Assembly (NCBI GenBank): GCA_035084275.1
Contig: CM068742.1
Location: 44,826,001 to 44,890,000, forward strand
Length of the DNA: 64,000 nt
DNA from: Hydrolagus colliei
Lineage: Eukaryota
Reading direction: 5' to 3'
Part shown: piece after piece, positions 50,021 through 62,300 of the stretch
Position numbering within the stretch: position 1 is the stretch's first letter
Layout of the letters: the number at the start of each line of letters is the position of its first letter
The notes under the pieces: generated by a model
What the model saw: the letters and a program-made list of their open reading frames with translations, nothing else
Database searches by the model: none
What the model was told of the DNA's origin: nothing
Position numbers and translations under genes: made by a program

Positions 50021-50859
50021 CATTGTAAGAGAGATTGAAATACAGGGCCAAATGTAAAGTGTACTTCAGCTGCTACAACTCCGTCACTGTTGAGCGCTCT
50101 GAGACGCTACCCTGCATGGGGGGGGGGGGTGGAACTATGTAAGTGCAAGTTGTTGTTGTTGTACAAGTAATATTTATTCACTGAGCCGCCGGAAGAAATA
50201 GCTAGGTGCAATAGTATTAAATGATGAGGAAGATGCAATAACATCCAATATGTTGAAGCATGTCAAAACTGTCCTTCCTTTGTTTTTCAAGAATGCATGC
50301 AGAGGCTTGTAACTTCAGGTAGACTACATCTCTTGGCTTTTGTTTTGCATTGATAAGGCACCTCCTTTCATGAAATGCATTAAAGCTGATTGACACTAAA
50401 GGTATCAGATATTTACTCCTCAGGAACAGAAGCCTGGATCAGCCATCCTAAAGCCTTTCCTTACTCTAAAATGATAGGATATCTTAAAGGTCAAAGCAAG
50501 CATCCTCAATCTCCTTTTCACATGTGTGGACAAGTTGCTATTGAGATGATAAAAATATTAGTTTACATCTGTATTGTGTCAGGCTATCACTGTCTTTAGT
50601 ACTCAGAATTTTTATGGCACTTTTTCAGAACTAGTGGCCGCAGAAAAAAGCACATGAAACGGCTTATCCTTTCCAACCAACTTTGCTATCTTAGCTCTTC
50701 CTGGATAAATGTTTCCTCCCGCAATAGTATTTGACTCTATAAGTTTTTTTTTGTTTGCTCTACGTCAGTATTTATTCATGTGTGTCTGTTGAACTTGTAC
50801 TATGGCTCTGTGTCCTTTTCACTTTGTTGTTTAGGAACTCTGCTGAAAGGGGCACTCAC

Positions 50860-50966
50860 CTCTGTTCTTACGTTCCACTGTGCCAAGCTTGGGAATCATT
50901 GCAGCATGCAAGTGTTTTGGTACTGATACCCATATTCATCTGCTAATGTATAATAATATGTTTGAC
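50860..50966 (-). pseudogene. Candidate decayed exon
   Basis: tttacag|GT CAA...GAG|gtgagt; (G)QTYYYTLADEYGYQYQNTCMLQ*FPSLAQWNVRTE; phase-compatible with 53438-53745. Confidence 0.35.
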
Positions 50967-52374
50967 CTGTAAAGTTTACTACGACTGTCTTCTAATTCAA
51001 TTGAAAATAAACTTCCTAGCTACTTACTGTCCATTAGATCCATTGCCCCAACCGAAAATTCTGTTTTTGTCTGCAGAGAGAAAGTAACACCAAGTGAGTT
51101 TGAAGGTTTTATCACAAGGAACTAACATTTGTGTGTTTACCAAATAATAATAAAAAATTGAAATGTAAGTAGACAGAGGTAGAATGTCAGGAGATCACAT
51201 CAATGGATGAAAGGGCTATGTTGTGCTACTTTTGCCAGTTTACCACTACCCTGAAATGGTACAAAAAGGCATATATTGTAACTTGTTAAGCCTTGTTAAA
51301 GGTTATTAAGGAGGAGTTCTCGTAACATTGAGCAGCTGAGAAATCACATCACATTCAAAACTGTTTATTTAACTCCAGGCTGGCCTTGGCATTAGTGATC
51401 ATAAACAAAGGGGAAAATGTCAAAGGATCACAAAGCAGTGAAAGAAGTGAATCATACAGATATGTTTTATGCCCTAGAGAAGAGAAATGGCACCATTCGA
51501 TGAATACAATGGAGCAGAAAGAGGAGAGGACTTTCTGGTAGCAAAGAGGACAGAAGAGGTGCATAACATACAGTAAAATTCTTTACTGAATCTAGCAACG
51601 GGTCTACAGCAAAAGAATATCCAACTTAGACATTACAGAATGAATTATGAAGAAGCTCAGGAGTTTATCAGAGGGGAAAGTGTCTGAGATTTTTTTAAAA
51701 AGCTGCATCCTATTCAAGAGAAAATATGGTAAGGGATTTTGGAAAGGATGGGTGAGGACAAGGAAGTAGGAAGGGTGCAGGCTCGTGTGGAGTATAAACA
51801 TTGGCATGGACTAGTTGGGTTAAATAACTTGTTTTAGTGCTGTTACATGCCATGTAATTCTAGAATTGCATTGTTTAGGGAGTAGTTAAGTAAATACAGA
51901 TGGTATGGCCCATTCTGAACAACCCCTAGAAACAAAATAGTAACACACACAAGACCAAGTCAATTTATTGATTTTAGTACCTTTTTCACAAACCACACAC
52001 TACTTTTGATGTGTTAAAAAGCTTGTGTTTCCATTGCACTGGAAAGTGCTTTGTTTCAGTAGATTTTTCCAATTTTGAGTCATTGTAGTTACGATGGTTT
52101 TGTGTATGATGGATTCTGACATCCAATTCTGTGTCAAGTAATCTGGTGGTAAATTATTAATACCAAACAATATATAGTACTTTGAGATTACCCCAATCAT
52201 ACGGTCAACTTGTGAAACTGGTCATTTTGCTCCCTTTTTTTAATTTCAAGAACAATAGTGCTTGTAACCAGAAGACCTGATGGATATTAACAAATATTGT
52301 ACTTGTATCTAAATTTGTAAAGAGTCATTTTAAAGCTCTTTGAGGCTTTCTCCAATGTGAAAGATGCTATACAA

Positions 52375-52692
52375 TATTGAAATTTTCAGATATCGCTATA
52401 TCGATATACACCGATATATCGATATCTGGGTTTTTTTTGTCCTGCGCATGTGCGCGCATTCGGAGGTGCGCGTGCATTCAGAGGTGCGTGTGTATTCGGG
52501 GGTGCGCAAGTTGAAAAAGTCTGCATCATACTGATATATCGATATATCACCGGACACGATATACCGATATTTGCAAAAAAAAATCATATCTAATTTTTCG
52601 ATATATCGATATATTTAAAATTCCGATATCGGCATATTGATATGAAAATTATATCGGATATAACCGATATATTGATATATCACCGGGCCCTA
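52375..52692. mobile_element. Short member of the TAGGG-ended hAT-type family
   Basis: 8-bp TSD CTATACAA (52367-52374, 52693-52700); right TIR ATATCACCGGGCCCTA; left TIR eroded; CGATAT-rich. Confidence 0.85.
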
Positions 52693-53437
52693 CTATACAA
52701 CTGCAAATTATTGTGTTCTTTTTGGCGGGTTTGTTTAAGTTTTAAAGCACAGGATATATGGGCATAATGCCAATGAACATGTATGTACAGGAATTAGTGG
52801 ATAGATTTGTATAGTTCTTTAATTCTTACTATAAGGTCAACCAGTTAATGTGATTTAAATTCCTCAGTCCATTTGCTGTTCTGAGTTTACACTGTAATCT
52901 AAATAATCAATCAACACAATGTAAGTGGATCCAGCATTGGGAATTTCCCATTGAAGGCAACATTACCAAGGCTGGTAAATGAACCACCCAACAGGAAATA
53001 AACTTACTCTGCAAAGGTGAAACTTTAACGGCAAATATACTCAAGCCTTCTGTCAGTTTTGTAGGTCCAGAATATATGTCTGAATTATCTACTGATTATA
53101 ACAATAGGTGGAGGTATATTCAAATCAGCTGGTTGAGTGGGATTGAATCTAAAGAAAACAAAAATGTGCATTTCTATAGCACCTTTCACACAGGCAGTGT
53201 CTCAGAACACTTAGTAGTAGTGGAACTTCATACCAAGCCAGGGAGAGAGTGGAAGTGATTGTAGAAACAATTGAAGAGGAAAGTCTTCAGTTGTGATCTG
53301 AAGATGGACAAGGGCTGGGGGAGATGAGTTTCTGACATGAGCACGAGTTGCTGACATTTTTCTGATGGTATTCACATACTACAGTCACACTGTTAAAGTG
53401 ATTCTTCCTTTTGTAACTTTATCCTTCCAAATCATAC

Positions 53438-53745
53438 CGTATGCCTTATCCACGAGTCATGCCACTTCATGACAAGCATTCACCGATGCCCCTTTGTAGC
53501 TCAGCCAGGCAGCACATAGCAACCCCCTGTCAGAAAGCACAATGTTCTGACAATCTGGAAGAGTTTCGAAAAAAAAATCCCCATGTGGGAATCTGTAACT
53601 CCGTGACACAGGAGATCAATAGGCCAGTGTACAACAACCAGGTCTCCTTTAACAATATCAACCATAATTGCTTCATGCACAGTTTGTGCAAAGTCCAGTG
53701 AGATGAGATGAACATCTTGCAATATTCCCTTGGCCTGTCTGCATG
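53438..53745 (-). pseudogene. Candidate decayed 308-nt exon, unknown Cys-rich protein
   Basis: ctacctacag|C ATG...TAC G|gtatga; 102 codons with four TGA and one TAA, no indel needed. Confidence 0.45.
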
Positions 53746-54999
53746 CTGTAGGTAGACGTTTTATTAGTAATAAATATTCTGATATTCAGAAGGACTCATC
53801 ATTTAATATCATTTGCAATTACACATTGCACACTGTCAGCAACTGTAATCCAGGGCATGACGCCAATTCAAATGTGCTCCGCAGAACCCATTCTGCATTA
53901 AACATAAGCACAAATGTGCATTACATTAACTGTTTGGACAGGTGTGAAATGGGGAGGGGAAATATGTGCATAAGTTCCTTGCATTATTTCTTTTAAATAA
54001 GATTGCTTGGAACTAGTGATAAGATTGAACCAGTCCTTGTGATTTTCTCATTCGCTTTATTCAATGGAGACTGTTCTCTTTCTCTTCAATGCGTCTTAAG
54101 GTTTCGAAAATAAATTAAATGAGGTCATTTAAATATAAAATTTAAATGTAGTCATTTAGATATAAAATTTATTCACATGTCAGAAAACGTAACGCTGAAC
54201 GAATGACTTTTCTTAATGACTCAGCAGGTTCTCTCCAATGAGCCATATAGATCAATAAAGTCCCAGGTTCTGCTGACTTTCTTGATCTCAGCCCCCTCTC
54301 TCTGATGTAGGAAGATGAAAATCAGCCAGAGCTCCTGTTTATGATTGTTCTCTAGCAGAGAAGCCCCACTGGAGGCTTGCCTTCCTGATGATAGAATAGG
54401 CCTCAACTATAATTTTCGCCCACAAAATATACAGTTGATTACTTGACAGTATATACTGTGAAGCACTTTGATACGTCTCAATGACATAATAAGGCATTAT
54501 ATCAAATACAAAGATAATTTTTATTATTAGGATTATTATAATTTTGTCCGGTGAAATACAATGCTGACATTCTATCCCATATTAATAATGGTCACTTGAA
54601 CTATGGGTACATTTAAGTTCTCTTAGATGCTACCCTGCGTGATGGTCGCTGTACAAATGCAAGTTGTTGTTGTTGTTGGCAACATAGAACCATATTGCAG
54701 CAAAGAAAGAAACAGAGTGAAAAGATCTTCTGTAGAGGAAGGGGTGGAGGAAATCTAGTGAGGAGTAAAAGGTCAACAGATTGATATTTAAGCCCATCTC
54801 ACAATTTGTGACAAATTGCCGTAAAAATGAGGCAAAGCCATTCTTTATTGTGATCCAAAAGTCCTCGGTATTTGCGGGAAATATAATTTCGTGTGCTTTG
54901 TGCATTTTGATTTTCTGTGAAATTAAACTGACTTATTTATGTTGCTAGCTGCATCTTGTAAATTGAGCTCAGCAAATGCTTTCTGGAAATTCATTGTCC

Positions 55000-55350
55000 C
55001 CAAAAGCATTTGTAATATTTGTCGCCTTTTCCTTGATGTTATATTATAATTTTATTACAATGTGATATGATATCCCCCTATATTATTTAGTTAAAATATA
55101 TTGTGCCTGGCTCAGTTAGTGCCACTCTCAGCTCTGAGTCATGTAAATGTGAGTACAAGCCCCAAGCCGAGGCTTGAGCTCACCGTCTAAAATACCATTT
55201 TAATATGATACTCGGGGAATGGTGAAGAAATGTGAAAACTGAGGTCCCACCTGCCTATTCAGGTGGATGTTAAAAGTACCACTGCACCATTCAAAAAGAG
55301 AAGGGGAAGTCTCTCAATATCCTGGTCATCATTGGTTTCATGGTTGTTTG
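55000..55350. repeat. Left arm of a 351-bp inverted duplication
   Basis: Reverse complement of 56542-56892 with about 6 mismatches counted by eye. Confidence 0.95.
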
Positions 55351-55470
55351 TGCAAATAGGTTGCCGTGTTTACCTTCAAATACACAGTCACTCCACTTCA
55401 CAATAAATCCTGTGAAGCACTTTGAATCCTGCAGATGTGAAAAACCACATATCAAATGCAAAGATTATGA
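55103..55470 (+). mobile_element. Degenerate Deu-domain SINE
   Basis: GCCTGGCTCAGTTAG head; TCAGGTGGATGTTAAAAG; L2-like tail ATCAAATGCAAAGATTAT. Confidence 0.6.
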
Positions 55471-55789
55471 TCATAATTTTGCTTATCATTATTTAGGCTT
55501 TCCTGAAGAACACAGTGGAGCTTTGAGGCTATCTGCCATTTAAATCTTGGCAGGACTGGGGAAATATAAACCTCATTAGTGATCCGCTGCAGATACTCAA
55601 AATAGTCTTCCTCTGTCTGAGGTCTGTGATGGTGACTGGTCTATGAAGGGTGCTGCGGTTGACTGAAGCTGTACAGACTCAAGTGTTATTTCAGGGACAT
55701 TACACTGTGCCAGAACTTGTGTTGCACAGCCAGAGAAAGTGAACTTTTCAGATCAGCCCGACACTAATGTAAGAGCTAACAATCCCTAA

Positions 55790-56150
55790 TCACTGTGTGC
55801 CCATCAATTTTAAAATCTTTGTTCTTATGTTCAAATCCATCTGTAATTTTCACTCTCTTCTACCTCTGCAACCTACTTCAGCCATTTGCCTGCTTCTTGT
55901 CCCCCATCACCTCAGAATGGGTTTCAGCCATTCTGCCCCTTTTCTCTGGAATTCCATTCTCATAGTCCCTCTGACTCCCCCCCCTCATTCAAGGCCCATC
56001 TCAAAATATTCTTCTCTGATGGTGCTTTCGATCAACTTTTCACTTCCAACCCTACTCAGCTCCTGCCACAAGTATAAATGTCCAGTTAGCAGTGCCAAAT
56101 GCTTTGAGATGTCCTCCCAAAGTGAAAAAGTATTACTGTATATAAATGTT
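55790..56150 (+). mobile_element. Degenerate L2 3' fragment
   Basis: INFKIFVLMFKS, FSHSAPFLWNSI. Confidence 0.7.
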
Positions 56151-56541
56151 AACTGTATTTTATTGTATTTGGGTCCATGCACAGATTTACACTGAAGCAA
56201 AACTTGTGATGTCCTCCTGACATGAAAGGCGATATACAAATGCAATTTTGTTGTGGCAATATGAACAAAATAAACGTGAAATGTAATCCACATTTGCAAC
56301 AACGAAAAGCTTTGAAACTTAACATTCTGTCATGATATCATAGGAATAGCTTCAGACATGAGTAGATAATGGGTTAATTTAGCCTACCCATTCACCTTTT
56401 CTTCAAAACATCAATCTCATATCTAACAACTCTGAATTCTTTCAATTTGTTTCACTCACATATAAAGTCAATTCACTTTACAGTATTTTCCGTGAAGCAC
56501 TTTGAAACATCTAGAAGACATGAAAAGCATTACATTAATTG

Positions 56542-56892
56542 CAAACAACCATGAAACCAATGATGACCAGGATATTGAGAGACTTCCCATTCTCTTTTTG
56601 AATGGTGCAGTGGTACTTTTAACATCCACCTGAACAGGCAGGTGGGACCTCAGTTTTCACATTTCTTCACCATTCCCCGAGTATCATATTAAAATGGTAT
56701 TTTAGACGGTGAGCTCAAGCCTCGGCTTGGGGCTTGTACTCACATTTGCGTGACTCAGAGCTGAGAGTGGCATTAACTGAGCCAGGCACAATATATTTTA
56801 ACTAAATAATATAGGGGGATATCATATCACATTGTAATAAAATTATAATATAACATCAAGGAAAAGGCGACAAATATAACAAATGCTTTTGG
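56542..56892. repeat. Right arm of the inverted duplication
   Basis: See 55000-55350. Confidence 0.95.
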
Positions 56893-58549
56893 TTCTTATT
56901 ATTAGAGATTTGTTTTGAAACTAGATGCAAATTCAAATCATTCTTAAAGGTTCCTTTGGAGAATGAATTTCACGGGATGAACTGCACTAGCCCAGTGATC
57001 TGAGAAAGGCATGATTTGCACCCAGGATAAACTGTCCTTCTCAATGAAGATAAACTGCCTTATTCAAAAGTCAGCCAAGAAGCAACACTGACTAGTAAGT
57101 CAAGTAAGAGAAATGGCAGAAAGAACCATTTTCTCACTGGACAACTTACAAGACACTAAAACCACTCTTCATTTTTCTATTGTCATCCACATAAGCAAAG
57201 CTGCTCATGCTGTTACACTGTGAACAGACACCAACCACAATACCATGTCTGACAAGTTAGCTTTGCAGGAAAATCTAATTTCCATTAAGCTGAAGCTTGT
57301 GCTGCTGGTAAACCTATTTCAGTTTTCTGACTGTGCACCTTACCAACTACAATAATTTACATTTCAATGTAAATTCTGAGTCAAACATCACATCCCACCA
57401 AAGTAGTCTTTGGGGCACTTGAAATACCCAAAGATGCTTTTGCTGATTGAAATGCTTGCATGCACTGGTATGCATTTAGAATTTTCTATTAAAGGCATCA
57501 TCCTTGACTATTTGTACATACATCTGTTACTGGATAATGCACAGTTTCCATACCTAGGATTTTAAAACAATTCTAAACACAGTTATCATAAACCATATTC
57601 AACCTCTTAGCTGCCAAGTCCACTGGACATTTCAATATTTTGGTACAGTATTTGTCAAAGTTTAAAAAATAATAAATGTATTTAAAACTAGACAAAATTT
57701 ATTTACATTCATCTCTCTGTCATTTCATGTGTAATACCAGAGCTTTATGCATGAGAAATTCAAAAAGGAATTGAGTAACTTGCATGTAAGGCTCTGTCAC
57801 TTGCATATTATCACACCCTTTACTCACCATCACTGAGGTACTATTTGACAGAGAATATATATCCTTCATTTAAAATATGTGGGACTAAAAACTGTCAATT
57901 TTTAACCTCAAACTTTTGTTTTGCCTAATCTACATAAAGGGATGGGTTAAGTGCTTCAAGACCCTGCCTGGTTTGAAGGGCACTATATAAATGCAAGTGT
58001 TTTCTTGTTATTGTTCAGTCAAATCTTCATTTGTCATGCAAACAGTTTGACACATTATTACCATCAATACAGTGATAGATGGATATAAATTTCTCACATT
58101 AAGAATAGTGCATAATGCTGTTTTAGCATTTGGTGCATTTGAAAAAACAGTAAAATATATTACTTCACTGCAAGAGTTATGTAAAATGAATTAGTAAGAT
58201 GATAAACTGGAAAAGATTACCCGTATTCAGTAAGCAAGCTACTGTGATATTTTTTTTTCTGAGTATGGAAAATGCTCATCCATTTTCACCAATACACAGC
58301 GATGAATACAAAATCCATGTATGACTCATAAAATACTTCTTTAACTCAGCTTTCAGATGACGTCAAACATAAGAGCTTTTAAATACTGTCCAAATTTCAA
58401 AATACAGTCTTTTTTTAATTGATATGCAGTATTTTCATTGACTGGCTTGGTCTGTGTTTTTACACATTAAGGTCTCCATATGTAATATCATAAAAGGTTA
58501 CAAATACTAAAAATTTACAAAATGGAATAAGCCATTTTCTTTGGTCAGT

Positions 58550-59365
58550 CAGGTGTCTTATACATGCAGACCCTTATAACCATGCTTTTGAGTATCCAAG
58601 CCATTCATCCATGCACTCCCTCTATATGTGGAAGTACCAGATATTCTTATTGGAGTGGAATGCAAACCCTCACCCTGGAGGGACACAGCCTGTTTATCTA
58701 ATTCCAGAGAATATTTGGTGCAGGTTGGCAAGAACCAAGGCTTTGCAACCCCAAAGTGTTCATTAGGGTACTCCTAGGGTTGTACTTAAGTCCTTCCACT
58801 CCTCTGCATCCCCCTACCTCTCTGACCGCCTCTCTCCTCACAACAGTTGCCTTCGCTCCACCAGGGCTAGCCTCCTCCTTGTCCCCCAAATCCTCCGCTC
58901 CACCATCGGCGGCCGTGCCTTCAGCCACTACACCCTGAGGCTCTGGAACTCCCTTCCTTACTCCCTTCACCTCGCCCCCTCTCTTCCTACCTTCAGGACT
59001 CGGCTAAAGACCTTTCTTTTCGACCGTGCTTTTGGTCTCTTTTTCCCCCTCCCACTGACTCGGCCCCTGGATCCGGAAGCGCTCTGAGACACCGTTCGGC
59101 GTGGAGGGCGCTATATCAATCCAAGTTGTTGTTGTTGTTAACGAGCTAAACCTGAGCAGCTTACCATTGAGAGCACACATTGAGCTGTTTGTCCAGCACT
59201 GACCACCCTATCAGTTTGGGCCTTGGCATGCAGGGTTAATGAGGCTAAATGGGAGGAGTCTCTGCCCCTAGTGACTGATCTGCCTTTCCAAATCTTGTTA
59301 ATGAGCCAGGTTGGTAAGGCTGTCATCAGCAGAATCCTGGAATACTGCCTGGCTCAGAAACAGCG
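58550..59365. mobile_element. Ancient unclassified repeat split by an L2-type insertion
   Basis: Colinear with 29340-29790 on both sides of 58780-59137. Confidence 0.55.
58780..59137 (+). mobile_element. L2-type 3' fragment (second subfamily)
   Basis: CCCACCATCGGCGGCCGTGCCTTCAGC...AGCGCTCTGAGAC...GGGCGCTATATCAATCCAAG(TTG)n. Confidence 0.85.
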
Positions 59366-62300
59366 AATTGGCTGTATATTTTATGGGAGAAGTACAGCAG
59401 CCAATTGTGTACAGGCAATTACACAATTGCCTGTACACAATTGTGTAATTGCCACAGACAGTCGCAAATTTTGTGACCAAATTATTATTGTTTTTAATTT
59501 TTTGTAAATGGATTATTACCCCAGAAAACCAATCTGCCAATCGACTAACTACCAGCTTCCTATGGATTATTAATTTCATAGCTGTTTGTGGGACATTGCT
59601 GTGCACAAATTGGTTGCAGAGTTCAAAACACACAGTAGTTCCACTTTACAGTGTATCATGTGAAGTGCTTTATAATGCCCTACTAATGTGAAAGATGCTA
59701 CACAAAATGTAAGAATTATTATTATTGTTAGTTTAGTAATGTTCTGCAGCTAGTTATCAGAGGATGAATTGAAGGACCATCCTCTACTACTCAATGGTGC
59801 TCACAATAAAAAAAATTGCTTCCTTTCATTGTGGCATCTACAATCAGATATTTCTGTATTAATAAGAATAGTTTAAAACACTTTAAAAGGCTGAGAATAG
59901 CATTGGAAGATTTAGAGGTAGGTGCAGCCAGGAAAAAATATACTACTGTACAATAATTTCGGAGTTCTTGAGAAAGAGAGGAATGCTGTCTGGGGAGAGA
60001 TGGATGTAAATCTATGTGGTAGAGATGAATAAATGTTACAGAGTTTTGCTTGACTATCTTTGAGGATCAGGGAGCATTTGTATGGAAGTTTCTTTGAGGA
60101 TCATGGAGCATTTGTATGGAAGTTTCTTCCAGGAGATATGGCGACTGACATCTACAATAGGGTAGGGAAAGTGGGCTTGATGGAGCTAGTGGCTTTTTTC
60201 AATCTTATGTTCTTGAATCTTTTACAAATGGAACACATAAATGGAGAAATTATCCTGATAAGTACTTGAGAAGGAATGAATGTCGTCAAAGGCACATCAG
60301 TTGTGCATTATTGATAAAACCATTTATTTGAGAAAATAATGATCAATGCCACCTTAATAGCATCACCACACACCTCAAACCGAGCCAAGAAAGTGTTTAT
60401 TTATTTCTTCTGTAACACAAATACTTGTAAAGTTTATATCTTCTAAATCGCATAGTCCCAGTTGATTATATTTATCCCTTGCTTAAACTGATGGGAGAAA
60501 AAACCCATTATGTTGCAATTCATATGCATTTCTTTCAAGAAAAACAATATTGACATAAGATTTGTGACTTTCGGTAAATACTCCAGTAAATGATTCGTAT
60601 TAGCATTTAGATTACTGGGTGACTGCAATCAAATGAGCTTGTTAACAGGAGATTATTTTGGTGAATACCACACTGAATATCCTGTTACTGCTCAAAGCAC
60701 ATCAAGAAGTAATTCAGACAGTAATAACTGAACTTTATAAAAAATTCTATCATGAACCTAATAAAGACCTGTATGATTACATACAGCACACAGCAATGTT
60801 TCTTCATTAATAATCTCCGAACAAGTCAAATGAACACTGTTACTCCAAACACGAAGGGATTATTAACATGCTTTCATTTTCAGCATTAAGAAAATCACTG
60901 ACACTGAATTAATAACTCTGGGTGTCCGATTGCAGCCACCCCTTTAAAAAATTAATTCATTCAAAAAAACTGAAATGTTATGTCATTGGGAGTACATTAA
61001 ATTATAGCAGAGTTAATGGTGTTATGACTGTGATTTGCAAATGAAATGGTCATAATATCTTTTAATTAAAAGCACCAAGTATATTTTGTTCCCCGCTAAA
61101 AACGATGCCTGTTTGGCAGTACAGGGATTCTATTTTCCATGTATATTTTGATTAATACTTTGCGGGATAATCTGTACCGCGTGGTCTAGGTTCACTAACC
61201 TTGCAGTGAAATAATGAGCTTTCAAGAATAAAAAATATGCCAGATATATAGTTGTACATTCTGAGCAGCTCTGAACATATTCAAATGAAATGGGAAAATG
61301 AAGTCTTCACAGAGTAAATTTGCTAGAAAGTGAAACTTGCTGCTCTCAATTTGTATTTAGCTGTCAGTGTCTGCAGCTAATGATTGGACAAGCCATCAAC
61401 CTTTTGCATATGTTTTCTATAAATACCTGATCTTCTGTGACTCAGCTGACATATAACTATGCAGAAACATTGTTCTCGAGGGAATCTAAGCAGCAAATTG
61501 GGATACAGCCAATACCAGTTCAAATGCCCATAGTGCGCTTGGCAAATAATGTCCTCGGGAAAACAATAGACACTACTACGAAAATGGTCTCAGATACTTT
61601 AGAAAACATCTCTTGATTTACCTGCTAATGTCAGGAGAATATCATTTCAGTCAAAAAAAGGGAAATACAAAGCAATAAATGTTGCATATATTTGACATAT
61701 AACCCCCTTGGCATTTCAAAGAGGGGAAAAGAATATCAGTGAATCGTATTTAAACTACCAGCAGCATTGAGGATTGAATTTGCCTCCTTGCTGGTAATAT
61801 TATCCTTTACATGACTTCCTTTGTTGGAATTAAAAAAAAGATAACCTTCTTTTCTCCTTAAAGGATGCATTTTTGTAACATTTTCTAATAGAGCAACATG
61901 ACAAAAGGAATGTTAAAACTAGGTTTCTGATTCTGCATTTGGGTAACATGTACTTCACAGCCAGTGAATGCAGTATCAATACAAGCAAGGCAACATTTTC
62001 AGAAAACATCAGTCAGAATAAAACAGTGGCATTTTCTCCTGTAGGTTATGAAATCCTGGTTCATTTTCCAAAAAAGTCAAAAATTGCATTGCTTTGGTCT
62101 CATGTGATTTCAGAATCTAACACAATTAGTGCAAAATTCATAAAGGCAAATTGTATATTGAGATAATTGCAAGAATTGACAGAATTAAGAGATTCAAATC
62201 GCATTAAAGAGCTAATAGCCATATCTTGAAAGTGTGTTGGAGCTTTAATTTCTTTTCACACTGTCCTTTTCATAATATATACAGCTTCTAATGTACCTGA

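Noticed and set aside
60063-60129. 34-bp tandem duplication (also 19-bp at 6098-6135)
   Set aside because: Ordinary slippage or repair duplications with no further structure.
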